The notes: generated by a model from the letters alone, not told the origin. A DNA stretch of 64,000 nt from Minisyncoccota bacterium (GCA_036510525.1 DATCDU010000011.1:2241-66240); one strand, 5' to 3'; positions 39,536-50,299 are shown, numbered from the stretch's first letter. Numbers and translations: made by a program.

Positions 39536-40147
39536 ATGGCGCTGATCGGTCTGGGATTCCAAAACACGGTCCAATGGGTACTCCACCACGGCTACCCATT
39601 GCTCTTTATAGTGATGCTCATCGAAGGTCCGGTAATCACGGCGGCCGGAGCTTTCGCGGCGGCACTGCACTATATGAATGTGTGGACCGTGCTCCTGCTT
39701 TCCGTTCTCGCAAACCTTATCCCCGACCTCGTATATTACGCGATCGGCTACTGGGGCCGCGCAAGCTTCATTAATAAATATGGCCACTATATCGGAATCA
39801 CACCGGAGCGCATTGCGACGACGGAAAAGTTGGCGGAGCAGCATTCCGGAAAATCGATCTTTATGATAAAGATGCTGCCGCTCCTCGCCACGCCGGGACT
39901 CATCCTTGTGGGAGCAACAAGGATGGATGTCAAAAAATATGCCTTCTGGTCTCTCGTCGTCACCGTCCCCACTTCTCTCCTTTATTTGATCATCGGCTAT
40001 TACTTCGGCGCGGCGTACAACACGATCCAGCACTACCTCAATCTCGGGATATACGTCGCTCTCGCGGCGGTCGCGGTCATCATTCTCATCGCCTATTTCC
40101 AGAGAAAGTATTTCGCCGGGCTGAAGAAAAAAATCGGATTGGAATAG
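39536..40147 (+). CDS. DedA/VTT-family membrane protein
   Basis: GYPLLF...IEGP, DLVYYAIG. Confidence 0.85.
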   Translation: MALIGLGFQNTVQWVLHHGYPLLFIVMLIEGPVITAAGAFAAALHYMNVWTVLLLSVLANLIPDLVYYAIGYWGRASFINKYGHYIGITPERIATTEKLAEQHSGKSIFMIKMLPLLATPGLILVGATRMDVKKYAFWSLVVTVPTSLLYLIIGYYFGAAYNTIQHYLNLGIYVALAAVAVIILIAYFQRKYFAGLKKKIGLE

Positions 40148-40148
40148 C

Positions 40149-41351
40149 ATGCGCATTGCCATATTCTCGGACAATTTTTATCCTGAGCTTTCCGGTGTCT
40201 CGGATTCGGTGGTGGCCCTTGCACGGACGCTCGCCCGACGCGGACACTTCATCCGGTTCTACGCTCCCTATTATAGTGAGAAGAATTATGCCGCGATCAA
40301 TGTTCCCTTCCGCGAGCTTGATCTCGGGCCGAACGTGACCATGCACCGCCTCTTCTCCATTCCCTTCGCTATGGGTACCGAACAAGGGCGCGCGGTAATC
40401 CCGTTCGGGGCGAACGTCCGCGACGTCGCGAGGTTCGCCCCCGACATTCTCCACACGCAGATGTATTTCGGCGTCGGGCTCGAGGCAACATTCGCTTCGT
40501 GGGCGCTCAAGCGGCCGCTCGTCGGGACCCAGCACACCGCCGTGAAAGAATTTTTGCGTTATAGCCCGATTAAAGCGCAATGGTTCAAGGACGGGTTTCT
40601 TGATTACGTAAACTGGTACTACGAGCATTGTGACCTTGTGACCGCACCATCACAATGCGTGTTCGACGAGATGCGCACGCTCAACTTCAAGCAGCCGAAC
40701 ATACAAGTGATGTCAAACCCCGTTGACGTAAAAACCTTTCGACCGCTGCGCAACGGCGCAGCGCTCAAGAAAAAGTTCGGTTTTAACGACGCGACCATCA
40801 TCCACGCCGGGCGCCTCGCCATAGAACGCCACCCTGAGGTTTTGATAAAAGCGCTCCCCATCATAAAAAAAACTGTGCCGAAAGCGATGCTTGCGTTCGC
40901 CGGAAGAGGCACGATGGAGAACGAACTCCATGCGCTCACGCGATCGCTTGGCGTGGAAGACTCGGTAAAATTTTTGGGCTTTGTGGACCACCCCACGCTT
41001 TGCGAGGTCTACAACGCCGCAGAGATCTTCGGCATCACGAGCACCGACGACACGCAAAGTTTGGTGATGATGCAGGCGATGGCGGCGGGTCTTCCCGTGA
41101 TCGGCGTGAACGCACGCGGCCTGCCGGAATACATCAACGCCAAGAACGGTTACGTCGTCGAGCCGAACGACGAGCGCGCGGTCGCAGAAAAAGCGGTCTA
41201 CCTTCTTAAGCACCCCGCGATCGCGAAAAAATTGGGAACGGGAGCGCGGGCCTACGCGGAACAATTCTCAGATGGGCATATCGCAGACCAGTGGGAAGCC
41301 TTATATGGCAGAGTGGTAAACGACTATAATAAAGAGAAACGCCCTCAATGA
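40149..41351 (+). CDS. GT4 glycosyltransferase (diacylglycerol glucosyltransferase-like)
   Basis: MRIAIFSDNFYPELSGV, GRL, AMAAGLPVI. Confidence 0.9.
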   Translation: MRIAIFSDNFYPELSGVSDSVVALARTLARRGHFIRFYAPYYSEKNYAAINVPFRELDLGPNVTMHRLFSIPFAMGTEQGRAVIPFGANVRDVARFAPDILHTQMYFGVGLEATFASWALKRPLVGTQHTAVKEFLRYSPIKAQWFKDGFLDYVNWYYEHCDLVTAPSQCVFDEMRTLNFKQPNIQVMSNPVDVKTFRPLRNGAALKKKFGFNDATIIHAGRLAIERHPEVLIKALPIIKKTVPKAMLAFAGRGTMENELHALTRSLGVEDSVKFLGFVDHPTLCEVYNAAEIFGITSTDDTQSLVMMQAMAAGLPVIGVNARGLPEYINAKNGYVVEPNDERAVAEKAVYLLKHPAIAKKLGTGARAYAEQFSDGHIADQWEALYGRVVNDYNKEKRPQ

Positions 41352-42061
41352 AAATCAGCGTTGTGATCCCGGCCTATAATGAGGAACACTATATAGGCCC
41401 GTGCATTCAAAGCGTCCAAGAACAGCATAGCGATGACATTGTGGAGATCATCGTTGTCGATAATGGATCGAAGGATAGCACCGTAGTCGCGGCGAAAAAA
41501 TTTCGCGGGGTCACCGTGCTCCAAGAGTCAAAAAAGGGGCCGTCGTTTGCGCGCCAGCTCGGCTTCACTAAAGCGACGGGTGATCATGTCGCCTTCATTG
41601 ATGCCGATACGAGAGTTCCTGTAGGATGGGTTGATAGAATAAAAAAAGAATTCGCAAAAGATCCCGCGCTCGTCTGCCTCTCCGGCCCTTTCCACTACTA
41701 TGACCTTCCTCCTATGCAAAAATTCTTTGCGGAACTATTATGGAGTATCAGCGCCGCACCAACGTATTGGATCGTCGGATTCATGGCGCTCTTCGCGAAC
41801 TGCGTCATACAGCGCGATGCGCTCCAGAAGATCGGCGGGATCGACACCAGCATCGCTTTCTATGGCGACGATACCAATATTGCATGGCGACTCAGCAAAG
41901 TAGGCAAAGTGAAGTTCCTCATGGGATTTTACATCCTTGGCTCCGGGCGTCGTCTTATCCACGACGGACTCATAAAATCATTCTATGTGTACGGGATCAG
42001 CTATGTGAAGATGGCCTACTCGCACAAAACCACGACGAAAGAATACAACGATATCCGATAA
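41348..42061 (+). CDS. GT2 glycosyltransferase
   Basis: SVVIPAYNEE, VDNGSKD, DAD. Confidence 0.92.
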   Translation: MKISVVIPAYNEEHYIGPCIQSVQEQHSDDIVEIIVVDNGSKDSTVVAAKKFRGVTVLQESKKGPSFARQLGFTKATGDHVAFIDADTRVPVGWVDRIKKEFAKDPALVCLSGPFHYYDLPPMQKFFAELLWSISAAPTYWIVGFMALFANCVIQRDALQKIGGIDTSIAFYGDDTNIAWRLSKVGKVKFLMGFYILGSGRRLIHDGLIKSFYVYGISYVKMAYSHKTTTKEYNDIR

Positions 42062-42073
42062 TTTATTTATTTC

Positions 42074-42607
42074 ATGGAAAAACTCTCTCCAAAGAATCGG
42101 GCTGCCATCGCAACGCTGATATTCGTGTTGTTCGGCGTGATCGGCGTCGTGATCGCGCGGAACAACCTCGTCATCGCGTGGCCGCCGATCCTCTTCTACG
42201 CGCTGCTTGTGTGGAACGATTACTATTCCATAAAACATTTTTCCAAACTTATCCCGCCGAACAAGACGTCGCAGGTGGTCATCGATATCGCCCTCGTCGT
42301 TCTTCATTTCGTATCGGTGCTCTTCTTCTCAAATCCGTTCCTGTTCACGATCGCGATGACGGTGCTCTTCATCCTCGCAGTGCTCAAATATGCCGGCGAT
42401 CTTCCTTCCATAAAGAATTCACAGGTGCTGTATCGCAAGGTGAAGATCGACGCGCTCGGGGCGCTCATTTCCGCGCTCGCGCTCGCCGGCATGTTCTCCG
42501 GCTTTCCGTGGCAATCGACGATCGCGTGGACGGTCATCTTCGCGTGCGCAAGCGTGTATGTCATCATCATCAATCCCCTCTATCAAGACACTCTCGGAAC
42601 GGCATGA
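42074..42607 (+). CDS. hypothetical multi-pass membrane protein
   Basis: About 6 hydrophobic helices, between two GT2 genes. Confidence 0.75.
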   Translation: MEKLSPKNRAAIATLIFVLFGVIGVVIARNNLVIAWPPILFYALLVWNDYYSIKHFSKLIPPNKTSQVVIDIALVVLHFVSVLFFSNPFLFTIAMTVLFILAVLKYAGDLPSIKNSQVLYRKVKIDALGALISALALAGMFSGFPWQSTIAWTVIFACASVYVIIINPLYQDTLGTA

Positions 42608-43479
42608 TGAAAATTAGTTTTGTCATCCCCGCATATAACGAAGAGGGGTATATCAAGCTGTGTCTCGACGCGATCATCCGCGAGATCGCCGGACGCGAGG
42701 GATACGAGATCATTGTCGTTGACAACAACTCCACGGACAAAACGTGCGAGGTCGTCGCGCGCGACTATCCGACCGTGACGCTTATCCATGAGCCACGGCG
42801 CGGCGCCAACAGCGCGCGCGAGGCGGGATTTGTTGCATCCAAGGGAGATCTCGTCGCGTTCCTGGATGCCGATACGGAGGTGACGCCCGGCTGGATCGGC
42901 CGCGCCGAGCGCGCGTTCGCCAAGGACCCGAACCTGGTGTGCCTCTCCGGGCCGTTCATCTATTACGATCTGCCCGTCGCCATCAGGATATTGGTAAAAA
43001 TATTCTATGGGATATCCTATATTGTGTGCCTCGTGAATAATTTCATCTTCCGAAACATGTCGATCATTCAGGGCGGCACGGAGATCGTGCGCCACGATGC
43101 GCTCCAAAAGATCGGTGGCCACGACGTGAAGCTCACCTTCTATGGAGACGATGCGGACCTCGCCCGGCGGCTAAGCAAAGTGGGCAAAGTGCGTTTCTCT
43201 TTCAATTTCGCCATTCGTTCCTCGGGGCGGCGGCTTGCCAAGGAAGGCATGTTCACCATGGCGTGGCGCTATACGCTCAATTATTGGTGGATCACGCTGT
43301 TCAGTCGTCCATTTACCAAGACCGCGACCGAGGTGCGCTTTGGAGGCGATGGGTTGGCCTACCGACCGGAGAGCAGGATAAAAGAATGGGTGCTTGGAGT
43401 CGCCGCCATCGTGGTCGTTGCGATGATGGCCGCCGTCGTGGTACTCCTTGTTTACGGCCTCTCCCGCTTCCGCTTATAA
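42604..43479 (+). CDS. GT2 glycosyltransferase with C-terminal TM (paralog of 41348-42061)
   Basis: SFVIPAYNEE, VDNNSTD, DAD, FYGDD, SSGRRL. Confidence 0.92.
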   Translation: MMKISFVIPAYNEEGYIKLCLDAIIREIAGREGYEIIVVDNNSTDKTCEVVARDYPTVTLIHEPRRGANSAREAGFVASKGDLVAFLDADTEVTPGWIGRAERAFAKDPNLVCLSGPFIYYDLPVAIRILVKIFYGISYIVCLVNNFIFRNMSIIQGGTEIVRHDALQKIGGHDVKLTFYGDDADLARRLSKVGKVRFSFNFAIRSSGRRLAKEGMFTMAWRYTLNYWWITLFSRPFTKTATEVRFGGDGLAYRPESRIKEWVLGVAAIVVVAMMAAVVVLLVYGLSRFRL

Positions 43480-43489
43480 TAAGGAGGTT

Positions 43490-44827
43490 ATGGATTTTGG
43501 GAATAAACTGAAGGTCTTCCTCTTTTTCGTCGCCGATGCGGTCGCGCTCTATGTGGCACTCTTCATCACGCTCCTGATCCGCTACCGCGGTGATTTTTAT
43601 ACCGAGTTTCTGAACGCCCACGCCATCCCTTTCACGATCATTTTCGTATTGTGGATCATCGTTTTCTACATCGCGGGCCTGTATGACCTGCGCCGCCTGC
43701 GGAACAATCTCGACTTCATCAAAACGCTTTTCTTATGCCTCGGCATCAACGCCACACTCGCGGTGCTGCTCTTTTACCTGATCCCCGTGTTCGGCATCGC
43801 GCCAAAAACAAATCTTCTGATCTTCATCGTCGTCTTCGCGTTCATTGAGGTGTTCTGGCGCCGCTTTCTGAACCGCGTGATGGCATTCGGCGAGGCGCCG
43901 AACAGAGTGCTGATCATTGGCGATGGCGTGATCGGCGAAGAGATAAAGCGGACGATCGCCGAGGCCCCGCAGCTTGGTTACGCGATCAAGGCAGAAATGG
44001 AGGAGAAAGCCGCATATGCCTCGCCGCAAGAGATAAAGGCGATCGCCCGGCGCGAGGGCGTCAATCTTATCATCATTTCCCACAAGCTCAAACACGAACC
44101 GGCGCTCGTGGCGGTGCTCTACGAGCTCTTTGCCGCGGGCGTCGTCGTGACCGACCTCGTTAGTTTCTACGAGCTGATCATGCGTAAGGTCCCGCTCTCG
44201 GGCGTGCAGGAGACGTGGTTCCTGGAGAATATCGCACAGCAGGTGAGCTTCTATGATCCGCTCAAGCGCGCATCAGAATTCATCGGTGCGCTCGCGATCG
44301 GGATCATCTTGCTTCCATTCGAGATCATCATTGCTCTCCTCGTCGCGCTCACTTCGCGCGGACCGATCATCTTCAGGCAGGTGCGCGTGGGGGAGCGCGG
44401 AAAGGACTTCACGCTCTATAAATTTCGCAGCATGCGCGCGGATGCGGAGAAGGACGGCGCGAAGTGGGCGGCAAAGAACGACGCGCGCACAACGCCGATC
44501 GGTGGCATCCTCCGCGCGTCACACCTGGACGAGCTGCCGCAGCTCTGGAACATCATCCGCGGCGATCTCTCATTTGTCGGCCCGCGGCCGGAGCGGCCGG
44601 AGTTCGTGGCCAAACTCGCGGCGCGGATCCCCTATTACGAAGCGCGGCTTTTCATCAAGCCCGGCGTCACCGGATGGGCCCAGATCAACCATCGCGCCGA
44701 CCTTACCGACGCGGATGTGGCAGAGAAATTGCAATATGATATTTATTACCTCAAAAACCGCTCCCCCATTCTGGACTGGACCATCGTCCTGAAAACGTTA
44801 AAATCAATATTTATAAACCCGGAATAG
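43490..44827 (+). CDS. polyprenyl glycosyl-phosphotransferase (WcaJ/WbaP-type priming transferase)
   Basis: KFRSM, DELPQLWN, VGPRPE, KPGVTGWAQ; AGGAGG SD. Confidence 0.94.
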   Translation: MDFGNKLKVFLFFVADAVALYVALFITLLIRYRGDFYTEFLNAHAIPFTIIFVLWIIVFYIAGLYDLRRLRNNLDFIKTLFLCLGINATLAVLLFYLIPVFGIAPKTNLLIFIVVFAFIEVFWRRFLNRVMAFGEAPNRVLIIGDGVIGEEIKRTIAEAPQLGYAIKAEMEEKAAYASPQEIKAIARREGVNLIIISHKLKHEPALVAVLYELFAAGVVVTDLVSFYELIMRKVPLSGVQETWFLENIAQQVSFYDPLKRASEFIGALAIGIILLPFEIIIALLVALTSRGPIIFRQVRVGERGKDFTLYKFRSMRADAEKDGAKWAAKNDARTTPIGGILRASHLDELPQLWNIIRGDLSFVGPRPERPEFVAKLAARIPYYEARLFIKPGVTGWAQINHRADLTDADVAEKLQYDIYYLKNRSPILDWTIVLKTLKSIFINPE

Positions 44828-44901
44828 AAAATAACAAGGGACGCTGTTTCGCTCCTGCGTAAGAACGCCCGCTCACTCAACAGCGTCCCTTGTTATTTTC
44901 T
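44826..44901. repeat. perfect 23-bp inverted repeat with 30-nt loop
   Basis: AGAAAATAACAAGGGACGCTGTT ... AACAGCGTCCCTTGTTATTTTCT. Confidence 0.85.
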
Positions 44902-44945
44902 GAGTGGGAAGATAAATCGCTAGTCTTGGTATAGTATTAAAGAAT

Positions 44946-45869
44946 ATGAAAATAATAGTAACAGGAGGGGCAGGATTTATCGCATCGCACATCGTGGACG
45001 CATATATAAAAGCAGGCCACCGCGTGGCCGTCATTGACGATCTCTCGAAGGGTTTCCGCAGGAACGTCAATCCAAAGGCGAAGTTCTATAAAGCGGACAT
45101 CACTGATCTCGCGGCAATGGAAAAGATATTTAAAAAAGAACGGCCGGAAATGGTGAACCACCACGCGTCGATCGCGGAGGTCTCGCGCTCCATGCGCGAT
45201 CCAATCCCCACGCTCACAGTAAATGTGCTCGGCACCGCAAATGTGCTCATGGCGTTCGGACACCATGGCCGCGGCGGCGCGCGCAGAAAATTCATCTTCG
45301 CTTCCACCGGCGGCGCGATGTATGGAGATCCCAAACATCTTCCCGTGGACGAACGCACGCCCATCGATCCCCTTTCACCCTATGGACTTTCGAAAAAACT
45401 CGCCGAGGATACCATTGTGTTCTACGCGAAACAGTTCGGATTCGACCATTTCATCTTCCGCTATGCGAACGTATTCGGCCCGCGTCAAAATCCGCATGGC
45501 GAGGCCGGCATCGTGGCGATCTTCGGCGAACTGATGAAGGCCGGCAAGACGCCCACAATATTCGGCGACGGCACCAAGGCGCGGGATTATGTGTATGTGA
45601 GTGACGTCGCTGCGGCAAACCTGGCGGCGCTCCGGCGCGGAAAGAACACGACCGTGAACATCGGGCGCGGAAAGATCATTACCGATCGCGAAATGTTCGA
45701 TGCGATCGCCGAAGCGATGGAGTTCGAGGGAAAACCGAAATATGCGGCCTATCGCAAAGGAGAAATATATCGGATCAGTCTCGACGCCGCGAAAGCACGC
45801 AGAATCTTAGGCTGGAAGCCAAAAGTAGAATTTAAAAAAGGGGTCCGGGAAGCAACGAAAGGGATCTAG
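44946..45869 (+). CDS. NAD-dependent epimerase (UDP-glucose 4-epimerase-like)
   Basis: TGGAGFI, STGGAMYG, YGLSK. Confidence 0.9.
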   Translation: MKIIVTGGAGFIASHIVDAYIKAGHRVAVIDDLSKGFRRNVNPKAKFYKADITDLAAMEKIFKKERPEMVNHHASIAEVSRSMRDPIPTLTVNVLGTANVLMAFGHHGRGGARRKFIFASTGGAMYGDPKHLPVDERTPIDPLSPYGLSKKLAEDTIVFYAKQFGFDHFIFRYANVFGPRQNPHGEAGIVAIFGELMKAGKTPTIFGDGTKARDYVYVSDVAAANLAALRRGKNTTVNIGRGKIITDREMFDAIAEAMEFEGKPKYAAYRKGEIYRISLDAAKARRILGWKPKVEFKKGVREATKGI

Positions 45870-46363
45870 CGCTTCTTCTTTTTTGCTGCGCGAGCGAAGT
45901 GTTTCTTGAGCAGCCACGAGCTGGACTGTACTTTCCCGCCTTTGCCAACATTGAAGATCATTTTAATATTCAGCTCTTTGCATGTGGCCATGTCCTTGTG
46001 TAGTGATGAGTCGGGATTGGCTGCGTCAGTTTCGTTCCGGTCGCCGCCATTCGCGAAGATCTGCGGCTTTACCTCGCGTAATGTCCGCGAGACGCTCATA
46101 TCGGTATCGTTCGGCCGATGCTTCGTGATGACCACCCGATCCACCGTCCGGAGCGCTTCGATCACTTCCTTGCGCTCCTTTTCCGGCATAAAGGAGGATC
46201 CTTTTTTCTTCTTGAGCCAGTTGTCGTTGTTCAGGATGACGACAAGTTCATCCCCCAACGCCCGCGCGCGCTCGAACATCCGAATGTGACCGATATGGAT
46301 CGGGTCGAAGCCGCCGGAAACTGCCACTACTACTTTTTTCTTTCTCTTGGTCTTCTTTGCCAT
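45866..46363 (-). CDS. cytidylyltransferase-family nucleotidyltransferase (TagD/RibL-like)
   Basis: SGGFDPIHIGH, NGGDR, SSS. Confidence 0.88.
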   Translation of the reverse strand: MAKKTKRKKKVVVAVSGGFDPIHIGHIRMFERARALGDELVVILNNDNWLKKKKGSSFMPEKERKEVIEALRTVDRVVITKHRPNDTDMSVSRTLREVKPQIFANGGDRNETDAANPDSSLHKDMATCKELNIKMIFNVGKGGKVQSSSWLLKKHFARAAKKKKR

Positions 46364-46428
46364 ATGAATTTACGGATGCCATTTTTTCGGCTATCCTATC
46401 TATATATTATACATCAGACCTCCTTCTT

Positions 46429-47895
46429 ATGTTCCAAAAAACCAAGGACTTCCTTTTTAAGAACACCTCGGCAAAACAGACGGTGGCAAAGAACACATTC
46501 TGGCTTTCGGTATCGAACTTCGGCGGACGCCTGATCAAAGCCATCATCATCATCTATGCCGCGCGGGTGCTGGGCACCGACGGCTATGGCGTGTTCTCCT
46601 ATGCCATCACCCTTGCGGGGTTTCTCACCCTCTTCATGGATCCGGGCATCAACGGCATCCTGATCCGCGACGCGTCAAAGGTGGACGAGGAAGAGCGGCG
46701 CACCATTTTTGGGACGATGTTCGCGATCAAGATCGTTCTGCTCATCATTGGCGTGCTCGTCATCCTGTTCGTCGCGCCGCTCTTCAGCACACTCCCCGGC
46801 GCAAAAGTGCTGATCCCCATCATCGCGCTCGTCCTCGCGTTCGACACCATGCGGGAATTCTTCTTCTCGCTCATCCGCGCAATGGAGAATATGCAATGGG
46901 AGGCGGCGATCTTCCTTCTCACGAACGTGGGCATTGTGGTATTTGGTTTCATCTTCCTTGCCTATGCGGCGAATGCGCAATCGTTCAGCTGGGGCTACGT
47001 AGCCGGCGACGCGCTCGGCACGATCGCGGCGGTGATCGCCCTGCGCGGTTATTTCAAGAAAATATTCTCTCGCTTTGATGCGGCGCGTGTCATGCCGATC
47101 CTCAAAGCCGCATGGCCCTTCGCGATCAGCGGCGCGCTCGGATTGCTCTTTACGAACAGCGACATTCTCATCATCAGCTGGATGCGCTCGGCATCGGACG
47201 TCGGTATCTATTCCGCGGCCATCCGGATCATTCAGACGTTCTATCTGATACCGGGGATCATTCAGTTCGCGACGCTCCCGCTCATCTCGCGGCTGGCAAA
47301 GCATGACGACGAACGGTTCCGGAGCGCGTTCGAACGGACTCTCGGGATGATATTTCTCGCCTCCATCCCGCTCTCGCTCGGCGGCATCGTATTCGGCACG
47401 CAGATCATGGCCTTCATCTTCGGCGCGCCCTACGCCGCAGGCGGCCTCGCCTTCAAGATCCTGGCGGCGACGCTCATGTTCGACTTCCCCGCCTCTATCA
47501 TCATCAACGCGCTCTTTGCCTATGAACATCAAAAGAGCTTGGTCGTCTCCTCCGCGCTCGGTGGCGCGGTGAACGTCGGCCTGGACCTCGCGCTGATCCC
47601 CTTCTTCGGCATCACCGGTTCCGCAGTTGCTACGCTCGTCGCCCAGGCCGTCAATAATGGATATCTCTGGTGGGCGATGAAGAAAGTGAACCCATTCACC
47701 GTGATAGGGCGCCTCAAAAAGATCTTCGTATCAAGCATCGTGATGGCTGTCTGCGGCGTGGCATTCATGGCGATCGGCATGAACGTCATCGTGAACATCG
47801 TGCTCTGCACGTGCATCTATTTTGTCCTGTTGAGAATATCCAGAGAACCGCTGCTGATCGAGGTCAAACGAATCATCTTTCCTCCCGCGCGGTGA
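46429..47895 (+). CDS. Wzx-type polysaccharide flippase
   Basis: KNTFWL, ARVLG...YG, VGIYSAA; 12-14 TM. Confidence 0.92.
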   Translation: MFQKTKDFLFKNTSAKQTVAKNTFWLSVSNFGGRLIKAIIIIYAARVLGTDGYGVFSYAITLAGFLTLFMDPGINGILIRDASKVDEEERRTIFGTMFAIKIVLLIIGVLVILFVAPLFSTLPGAKVLIPIIALVLAFDTMREFFFSLIRAMENMQWEAAIFLLTNVGIVVFGFIFLAYAANAQSFSWGYVAGDALGTIAAVIALRGYFKKIFSRFDAARVMPILKAAWPFAISGALGLLFTNSDILIISWMRSASDVGIYSAAIRIIQTFYLIPGIIQFATLPLISRLAKHDDERFRSAFERTLGMIFLASIPLSLGGIVFGTQIMAFIFGAPYAAGGLAFKILAATLMFDFPASIIINALFAYEHQKSLVVSSALGGAVNVGLDLALIPFFGITGSAVATLVAQAVNNGYLWWAMKKVNPFTVIGRLKKIFVSSIVMAVCGVAFMAIGMNVIVNIVLCTCIYFVLLRISREPLLIEVKRIIFPPAR

Positions 47896-47901
47896 TCGCG
47901 A

Positions 47902-48729
47902 TCAGGAGAATAATGCTTTTTTAAGGCGTGAGAGAAACGCGTTCAGTCGTTTTCTGACGTAGACCGGCAGGCGCGCATAAAGCCAGTATACGGTCGTCGA
48001 GAGATACGCGAAGAAATATCCGGGATACTCGTCTTTATGCCGGCGGATGATGACGAACGCCGCATCCACGTTCTGCCGCTGGTTCATGAACGAGCTGCCT
48101 TTGTCCCACATACGATACGCCAGGAAATATTCTGGCATATTGCATAGCTTTCCATACTTTCCCATTTTCAGCCAAAAATCCCAGTCGGCGAACTGCCGCA
48201 AGGATTCGTCGTAATAGCCGAACTGCGCTGCGACGCTGCGGCGGAATATCGACGTCGAGTTCGCAATGGGATTCGCATAGAGCGCCACCTTACGGATGGC
48301 GTCGTCGGTTTGGGGTTTGGTCACACGGGAGCCTTCGTTGTCGTCCTTGTCCACTATCACAAAAAAACTGCCGCACCCCACGTAGTCCTTGTGCGCATCC
48401 AGGAATGCCACCTGTTTTTCCATTTTTTTTGGATCGATCCAATGGTCGTCGTCGTCCAGGATCGCCACGTATTCCCCTTTGGCTTCCTTCAAGCCGGCGT
48501 TTGAAACGACCGCGATGCGGCCGACATGCTCAAGCCGGATGTATTTTATGCGCGCATCTTTTTTCTGCCATTCTTTTACCACTTGCGCGGTGTTGTCCGG
48601 CGAGCCGTCATCAACGATGATGAGCTCCCAATCCTGGAATGTCTGATCGATGACGCTTTGGATGCCCTTGCCGATATATTGCGCGCGGGTCCACGCCGCG
48701 GTAAGGACGGTCACGCGAGGAGTATGCAT
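47902..48729 (-). CDS. GT2 glycosyltransferase
   Basis: IIVDDGSPD, LDDDD, DWDFWL. Confidence 0.92.
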   Translation of the reverse strand: MHTPRVTVLTAAWTRAQYIGKGIQSVIDQTFQDWELIIVDDGSPDNTAQVVKEWQKKDARIKYIRLEHVGRIAVVSNAGLKEAKGEYVAILDDDDHWIDPKKMEKQVAFLDAHKDYVGCGSFFVIVDKDDNEGSRVTKPQTDDAIRKVALYANPIANSTSIFRRSVAAQFGYYDESLRQFADWDFWLKMGKYGKLCNMPEYFLAYRMWDKGSSFMNQRQNVDAAFVIIRRHKDEYPGYFFAYLSTTVYWLYARLPVYVRKRLNAFLSRLKKALFS

Positions 48730-48772
48730 GCGGTTCAGGATAGCAAAAAATGGGAACGACGACAATCTTATT

Positions 48773-49543
48773 TCAGTGCTCTATGATCGGTTGCGGAAGC
48801 AACAGTCCCTCGAGCCGTATATTATTCTTTTGCAAATTGCCTTCCACCTCGCGCCATTTCTCCACCGTATCGATCCCTTTTGAATAATCGTCGCATTCGT
48901 ATGAGTAGAACGACTCCCCTTTTTTGATGACGTCCGGGAGGAGATCGCGACCGATCTCGTAATAGCGGTCGGTCGGATCGTACGAGAGTATCTTTTTATT
49001 CATAATGAACGTCCCGCGCATGCGGTAGGCGTTCGGATATTTTTCCGTGTGTGGTTTCGGATGGATCGCCACGAACTTGCCGTTGGCATCGAGCTCCGCC
49101 ACGTCGGCGTCGGCATAGTCTTCCAATTTTTGCATCCTCTGCATGCCGATCGCGCCGGCCGGCTTCTCGCGCCACACCTGTTCCATCTTTGTATAATCGA
49201 TCAGGCTCAGCATGTCGCCGTAGATCACAAAAAATTCCTCATCCGCATATTTTTCGAACTGCTTGCAACTGCCCGCGGTGCCCGGCGGCTCTTTCTCAAG
49301 GTTGTACGTGATTTTTACTCCCCACTTCGATCCGTCGCCCAAGTACTCACGCATCACTTCCGGCATCGTGTAGAGGTTGATAAGAAAATCGGTGACGCCG
49401 TGCTTTTTGAACTGCACGATGTTCCACTCCGTGAGCGGATTACCCAAGATCGGAATCATCTGCTTGGACATCGTATTGGTATACGGGCGGAGGCGGGTGC
49501 CGAGACCGCCGCAGAGAAGGATCGCTTGTTTGATCTTGGTCAT
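48773..49543 (-). CDS. sugar-1-phosphate nucleotidyltransferase (HddC/LmbO-like)
   Basis: LCGGLGTRLRP, GTAG, YGD. Confidence 0.9.
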   Translation of the reverse strand: MTKIKQAILLCGGLGTRLRPYTNTMSKQMIPILGNPLTEWNIVQFKKHGVTDFLINLYTMPEVMREYLGDGSKWGVKITYNLEKEPPGTAGSCKQFEKYADEEFFVIYGDMLSLIDYTKMEQVWREKPAGAIGMQRMQKLEDYADADVAELDANGKFVAIHPKPHTEKYPNAYRMRGTFIMNKKILSYDPTDRYYEIGRDLLPDVIKKGESFYSYECDDYSKGIDTVEKWREVEGNLQKNNIRLEGLLLPQPIIEH

Positions 49544-50124
49544 AGTGTTGATTTTTTTATTATGTTTACCGTACCCGCGAGGTCACGGACGATGAAGTCT
49601 GGCTTGCCTTCATGCTGCCAGGGATCCTTGCCGCCATGCCCCGTCCGCACGAGTATCATCTTAACCTTCGCGCGATTTCCCGCGAGGATGTCCTGCGTGC
49701 TATCGCCGATAAGAAAACTTTTTTTGAGATCGATGCCATGATCTTTCGCCGCCTGGAGTATCATCCCCGGCGCCGGCTTCCGGCATTTGCACACCATCCG
49801 ATATTTTTTCACGTTCGCCAACGGATGATGCGGGCAATAATAGACGGCGTCGATCGTTGCGCCACGCTTCCCTAAGCGGTCGATGAGTACGGCATGGATA
49901 TGATCTACCTCTTTCGGCCCGATCATCCCGCGAGCGACGACGGGCTGGTTCGTCACGATGACCACCAGATATCCCATCTTGTTGAAGGCTTTGATGGCTG
50001 GCGCGGCGGCGGGAAAAAGTTTCAACTGCGACGGTTTATGCAAAAGCTCCACCTGGCGGATGATCGTCCCATCACGGTCAAGGAACACCGCCGGACGTTT
50101 CTTCTTTTTTTGTGAGGCAGGCAT
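49540..50124 (-). CDS. gmhB: sugar-bisphosphate phosphatase (GmhB/LmbK-like HAD)
   Basis: FLDRDGT, TNQ, CPHH, CRKPAPGM, IGDS. Confidence 0.88.
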   Translation of the reverse strand: MPASQKKKKRPAVFLDRDGTIIRQVELLHKPSQLKLFPAAAPAIKAFNKMGYLVVIVTNQPVVARGMIGPKEVDHIHAVLIDRLGKRGATIDAVYYCPHHPLANVKKYRMVCKCRKPAPGMILQAAKDHGIDLKKSFLIGDSTQDILAGNRAKVKMILVRTGHGGKDPWQHEGKPDFIVRDLAGTVNIIKKSTL

Positions 50125-50299
50125 CCCTTTATATTCCGCTAAGCCGTCGTTTTTTTCAACTTGACTATTATACGGAAAGGTGTAATAATCCGCCCAGCAC
50201 TAGCACGATCGGTGCGGATTCAAAATTCGAAATTCATGAGGTGGTCCTTGCTTTCCCTCTTTAAGACCTTCGATACCCCTTGGCCCTATCCTTCTCGCA

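Noticed and set aside
38867-40174. 435-aa ORF as one long protein
   Set aside because: The N-terminal half is the antisense shadow of dedA; the real gene starts at 39517
41740-43479. 579-aa ORF as a fusion protein
   Set aside because: The upstream part overlaps two real genes in other frames; the GT2 begins at 42604
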